A stretch of DNA of 16,970 nt, from NCBI GenBank assembly GCA_031409655.1, contig JANNXQ010000138.1:1-16970 (forward strand). Reading direction: 5' to 3'. The notes below the pieces were generated by a model, which worked only from the letters and a program-made list of their open reading frames with translations, did no database searches and was not told the origin of the DNA. Position numbers and translations under genes: made by a program. This document shows, one piece after another, positions 14,165 to 16,970 of the stretch; position 1 is the stretch's first letter, and every line of letters begins with the position of its first letter. This stretch comes from Chthoniobacteraceae bacterium (GTDB lineage: Bacteria > Verrucomicrobiota > Verrucomicrobiia > Chthoniobacterales > Chthoniobacteraceae).

Positions 14165-16970
14165 TCACCCCAGGAGCGTCCGCGCGTGCGCGAGGGCGGC
14201 GTCGAGTTGTGAGGGGTCTTTGCCGCCGCCGCGGGCGTTATCCGGCTTGCCGCCGCCTTTGCCGCCGACGAGCGGGGCGATGGTCTGGATGATTTTGCCC
14301 GCCTGCACTTTGGCGGTGAAGTCAGCGCTCACGCTCGCGACGAGGGCGACCGCGCCATTCGCGCTGCCGCCGAGGACGGTGACGCCGGTGAAGCCGTGGG
14401 ACTTCAGCGCGTCGGCAACGGTTTGGAGCGTGTCGCCGTCGGCGGTGCCGAGATTGGCGATGATCGCGGGGGTGCCGTTGATCGTGGTGGCGGAAGCGAG
14501 CAGCTCTTTCGCGCGGCCGGCAGCTTCACGTTGCTGGGCGGACTTGAGCGCCTTCTCCAGTTCCTTCTGCTGCGCGAGCATCGCTTCGATGCGTTTCTCC
14601 AGTTCGGGCAGCGGCGTGCCGATCTTTGTCGCGAGGGCGTGGAGGCGTTGCGTGTCGCTGGTGGCGAGGTCGTAGGCATTCAGGCCGGCCTGGGCTTCAA
14701 TGCGGCGGACGCCAGCGGCGATGGCGGCTTCGCTGGCGATGCGGAAGAGGCCGATCTCACCCGTAGCGCGGGTGTGGGTGCCGGCGCACAGCTCTTTGGA
14801 AAATCCGCCGATATCGACCACGCGCACGGTCTCGCCGTATTTGTCGCCGAAGAACTGCATGATGTCCCCGCGGCCGCGCACGTCGGCGTAAGGCACTTCG
14901 ATCCACGAGACGGCGGCGTTTTCGACGATGCGCTCGTTCACCAGCCGCTCGATGTCGCGCACCTGCGCGGGCGTGAGTGCGGCGCTGTTGAAGTCGAAAG
15001 TGAGCTTGTCGGGGCCGACGAAGGAACCTTTCTGCGTGGCCTCTTTGCTCACGACTTCGTGCAGCGCCCAGTGGAGCAGGTGGGTGACGGTGTGGTGCCG
15101 CTGGATGGCGCCGCGGCGCGCGCGGTCGAACTCGATGGTGACGTGTTCGCCGACGGCGGGCGCATCGGCTTCGTCGAGGAAGTGCAGCCAGGCGTGGCCG
15201 CTCTTCTGCGTATTGGTGATGCGCCAGACGTTGCCGCCGTGGGTCATCTCACCGGTGTCGCCGACCTGCCCGCCCATCTCGGCGTAACACACGGAGTTGT
15301 TGGCGATGACGACGGTTTTGCCCTTCACCGAAAGCACTTCCTGCACATCGGCGCCGGTGTGGTCGTGGTCGTAGCCGAGGAAGTTCGTGGGCGTCTTCGT
15401 CTCGACTTCGGAAAGCTCGATGATGGTTTTCTTCTGCGCGGCGCGGGCGCGGGCGCGCTGCTCTTCCATGTGCTTTTCAAAACCCGCCGTGTCCACGGTG
15501 AGGCCGCGCTCACGGGCCATGAGTTCGGTGAGGTCGAGGGGGAAGCCCTGCTCATCATAAAGCCGGAACGCAAACGCCCCCGAGATCACTCGCGACTCCG
15601 CCTGCAAGCTCGACGGGCCTTGGGGAGCGCACGCTTCCAGCGTGCTGTGGGAGGCATCCTGCCGCACACCTTCGGGAGAAAGTGTGGAGCGCGACGATGG
15701 CTCCGGCTGGAAGCGTGCGCTCCCCACTTCACTCGCGACTGCAGAGCCGGTCGTGAGTGCCGTCCGATCGTTCCAAGTCCACACCCAAGGATACGCCTCA
15801 CCCGGCTGCATGAGGTTTTCATTCCAAGGATTCCCGCACACGTAGAGGAACTTTTCCTCCACATCCGTATCGCTGCGCATCAGCCGGTCGTGGCTTTCCT
15901 TTTCCCACACGGCCTCTCCAGTGCGTCCTTCGAGTTTGTTGATTTCGTTCGCGGTGAAAGATTTCACCGAATGGAGCAGTTCCGAGAGCGACCATAAGAC
16001 GGAGTTTCCTGCGGCGTCCTGCTGCTTCACCCACGGTTGCAGAAGGACATGGACGTGATCGGGCATGATGCAAACCGCAAAGAGGTCGTAGCGCTTTTGG
16101 TCGAAGTGAACGAAGCCGTCGCGGACGATGTCGCGGGCAGCGGGTGACATGACGCGGCGTTCACGCGTGCTGAAAGTGACGTGGTAGATCCCGTGTGGGA
16201 GTTCGTAGTGCGGGAGGTTGCGTTTGGTGAAGCGTGTGGAGCGCGACGATGGCTCCGGCTGGAAGCCGGACCCGGCACGCTGGAAGCGTACGCTCCCCTC
16301 TTCTCTCGTGACTTCGGACGCGCCGGTGAGTCTCGCGGCCTCGGCTTCGAAGAGGGCGATGCCTTTATCCAGCGTCTTGTTGAAGGACACCTCCTCGCGT
16401 TGCAGCACTTCCTCCACGTGCTTTTGCTTCGCGCGGATTCCGGGGAAGACGTCGCCCATCGTGCGCGCCAGCACGGGGACGAGCTGGTAGAAAAAAGGTT
16501 CCTTGAATCCGAGCGAACGGCCGTAGCGCACGGCGCGGCGCAGGATGCGGCGCAGGACGTAGTTGCGATCCGTATTGCCGGGCTGGATGCCGTCGGCGAT
16601 GGCGAAGCTGAGCGTGCGGATGTGATCGCCGATGACCCGGAAGGCGACGTCGATTTTCTCCTGCTCGCTCGTGGGGATGATCTGCCCGGCGGCGTTCGGC
16701 TGCGGGAGCGTGCTGCCGTATTGGTGGCCGCTCATTTTCTCCAGCTCGTCGAAGATCGGGCGGAAGATGTCGGTCTCGTAGTTGGAGATTTTCGCGTTGG
16801 CGAAGTCGGTGAATTCCTTCGTGCCTTGGATGATCGAGGTGAGGCGCTCGAAGCCCATGCCGGTATCGACGTGCTGCGCGGGGAGTGGCGTGAAGCTGCC
16901 GTCGGGGTTGGCGTTGAACTGGATGAAGACGTTGTTCCAGATCTCGATGCACTCGGCGGTGCCTTTGTTG
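14165..16970 (-). CDS. alaS: Alanine--tRNA ligase (5' end outside the window) with an in-frame RAYT insertion
   Basis: The frame is open to the window edge: EIWNNVFIQFN, motif 3 VDTGMGFERL, DHIRTLSFAIADG, YVLRRILRRAVRY, YAEMGGQVGDTG, editing motifs HTVTH and ELCAGTH, and C-terminal GGKGGGKP. Confidence 0.98.
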   Translation of the reverse strand, partial: NKGTAECIEIWNNVFIQFNANPDGSFTPLPAQHVDTGMGFERLTSIIQGTKEFTDFANAKISNYETDIFRPIFDELEKMSGHQYGSTLPQPNAAGQIIPTSEQEKIDVAFRVIGDHIRTLSFAIADGIQPGNTDRNYVLRRILRRAVRYGRSLGFKEPFFYQLVPVLARTMGDVFPGIRAKQKHVEEVLQREEVSFNKTLDKGIALFEAEAARLTGASEVTREEGSVRFQRAGSGFQPEPSSRSTRFTKRNLPHYELPHGIYHVTFSTRERRVMSPAARDIVRDGFVHFDQKRYDLFAVCIMPDHVHVLLQPWVKQQDAAGNSVLWSLSELLHSVKSFTANEINKLEGRTGEAVWEKESHDRLMRSDTDVEEKFLYVCGNPWNENLMQPGEAYPWVWTWNDRTALTTGSAVASEVGSARFQPEPSSRSTLSPEGVRQDASHSTLEACAPQGPSSLQAESRVISGAFAFRLYDEQGFPLDLTELMARERGLTVDTAGFEKHMEEQRARARAAQKKTIIELSEVETKTPTNFLGYDHDHTGADVQEVLSVKGKTVVIANNSVCYAEMGGQVGDTGEMTHGGNVWRITNTQKSGHAWLHFLDEADAPAVGEHVTIEFDRARRGAIQRHHTVTHLLHWALHEVVSKEATQKGSFVGPDKLTFDFNSAALTPAQVRDIERLVNERIVENAAVSWIEVPYADVRGRGDIMQFFGDKYGETVRVVDIGGFSKELCAGTHTRATGEIGLFRIASEAAIAAGVRRIEAQAGLNAYDLATSDTQRLHALATKIGTPLPELEKRIEAMLAQQKELEKALKSAQQREAAGRAKELLASATTINGTPAIIANLGTADGDTLQTVADALKSHGFTGVTVLGGSANGAVALVASVSADFTAKVQAGKIIQTIAPLVGGKGGGKPDNARGGGKDPSQLDAALAHARTLLG
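15621..15726. repeat. REP doublet 3' of the RAYT domain (translated)
   Basis: Perfect 21-bp inverted repeat TGGGGAGCGCACGCTTCCAGC at 15621-15641 and 15706-15726; hairpin GCACGC-TTCCA-GCGTGC. Confidence 0.9.
15773..16234 (-). CDS. REP-associated tyrosine transposase (RAYT, HUH/Y1, IS200-like fold) domain fused inside AlaRS
   Basis: RNLPHY, YHVTFST, MPDHVHVLL (HUH at 16049-16057), KSFTA, WEKESHDRLMR, YVCGNP (Tyr at 15842-15844) and YPW. Confidence 0.92.
16234..16298 (-). repeat. REP unit 5' of the RAYT domain (translated)
   Basis: GGGGAGCGTACGCTTCCAGCGTGC followed by hairpin TCCGGC-TTCCA-GCCGGA. Bases 16234-16266 are a perfect 33-bp direct repeat of 15682-15714. Confidence 0.9.

Larger units (their letters stand above)
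15590..16327 (-). mobile_element. In-frame insertion within alaS: RAYT plus flanking REP-like repeats
   Basis: 246 codons lie between AlaRS segments KTLDKGIALFEAEAARL and VISGAFAFRLYD, which are only a few residues apart in typical AlaRS. Outer inverted repeats are at 15622-15645 and 16275-16298 (23/24). Confidence 0.9.

Noticed and set aside
91..15997. Long plus-strand ORFs (e.g. 1860-3560, 4365-5930, 10227-11639, 14396-15997)
   Set aside because: They are antisense shadows of well-supported minus-strand genes in GC-rich DNA and have no recognisable motifs.
15773..16234. Classical IS200/IS605 element disrupting alaS (pseudogene)
   Set aside because: There is no tnpB and no stop or frameshift. 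The AlaRS motifs on both sides are intact, and the YxxxNP motif with REP flanks fits a RAYT.
15590..16327. Intein or self-splicing intron in alaS
   Set aside because: There is no recognisable intein N-terminal block, no terminal His-Asn followed by Cys/Ser/Thr, and no LAGLIDADG or RT motifs. The frame is continuous and the motifs are HUH/Y1.

Overview
GC-rich bacterial DNA (Verrucomicrobiota-like is my impression, not established), with all supported genes on the minus strand. In transcription order: the 3' part of alaS, a small membrane protein, a DNA alkylation repair protein, an ADP-ribosylglycohydrolase-family protein and a secreted NodB-type polysaccharide deacetylase. These are followed by a tightly coupled envelope operon: GYF_2/RDD protein, zinc-finger membrane proteins, DUF4129-like, DUF4350-like, MoxR AAA ATPase, DUF58, SpoIIM-like and a second RDD protein running off the left edge. 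The main finding is that alaS carries an in-frame insert of about 246 codons containing a REP-associated HUH/Y1 tyrosine transposase (RAYT) domain. Its HUH and YxxxNP motifs are intact, it has no start or stop of its own, and it is flanked by translated REP-like hairpin repeats. Non-autonomous palindromes of the same GGAGCG-hairpin architecture occur at 3211-3386 and 10342-10462. Inverted 7-mer or 6-mer arrays sit at three further operon junctions. Several of these insertions duplicate the start/stop overlap and appear to preserve translational continuity.
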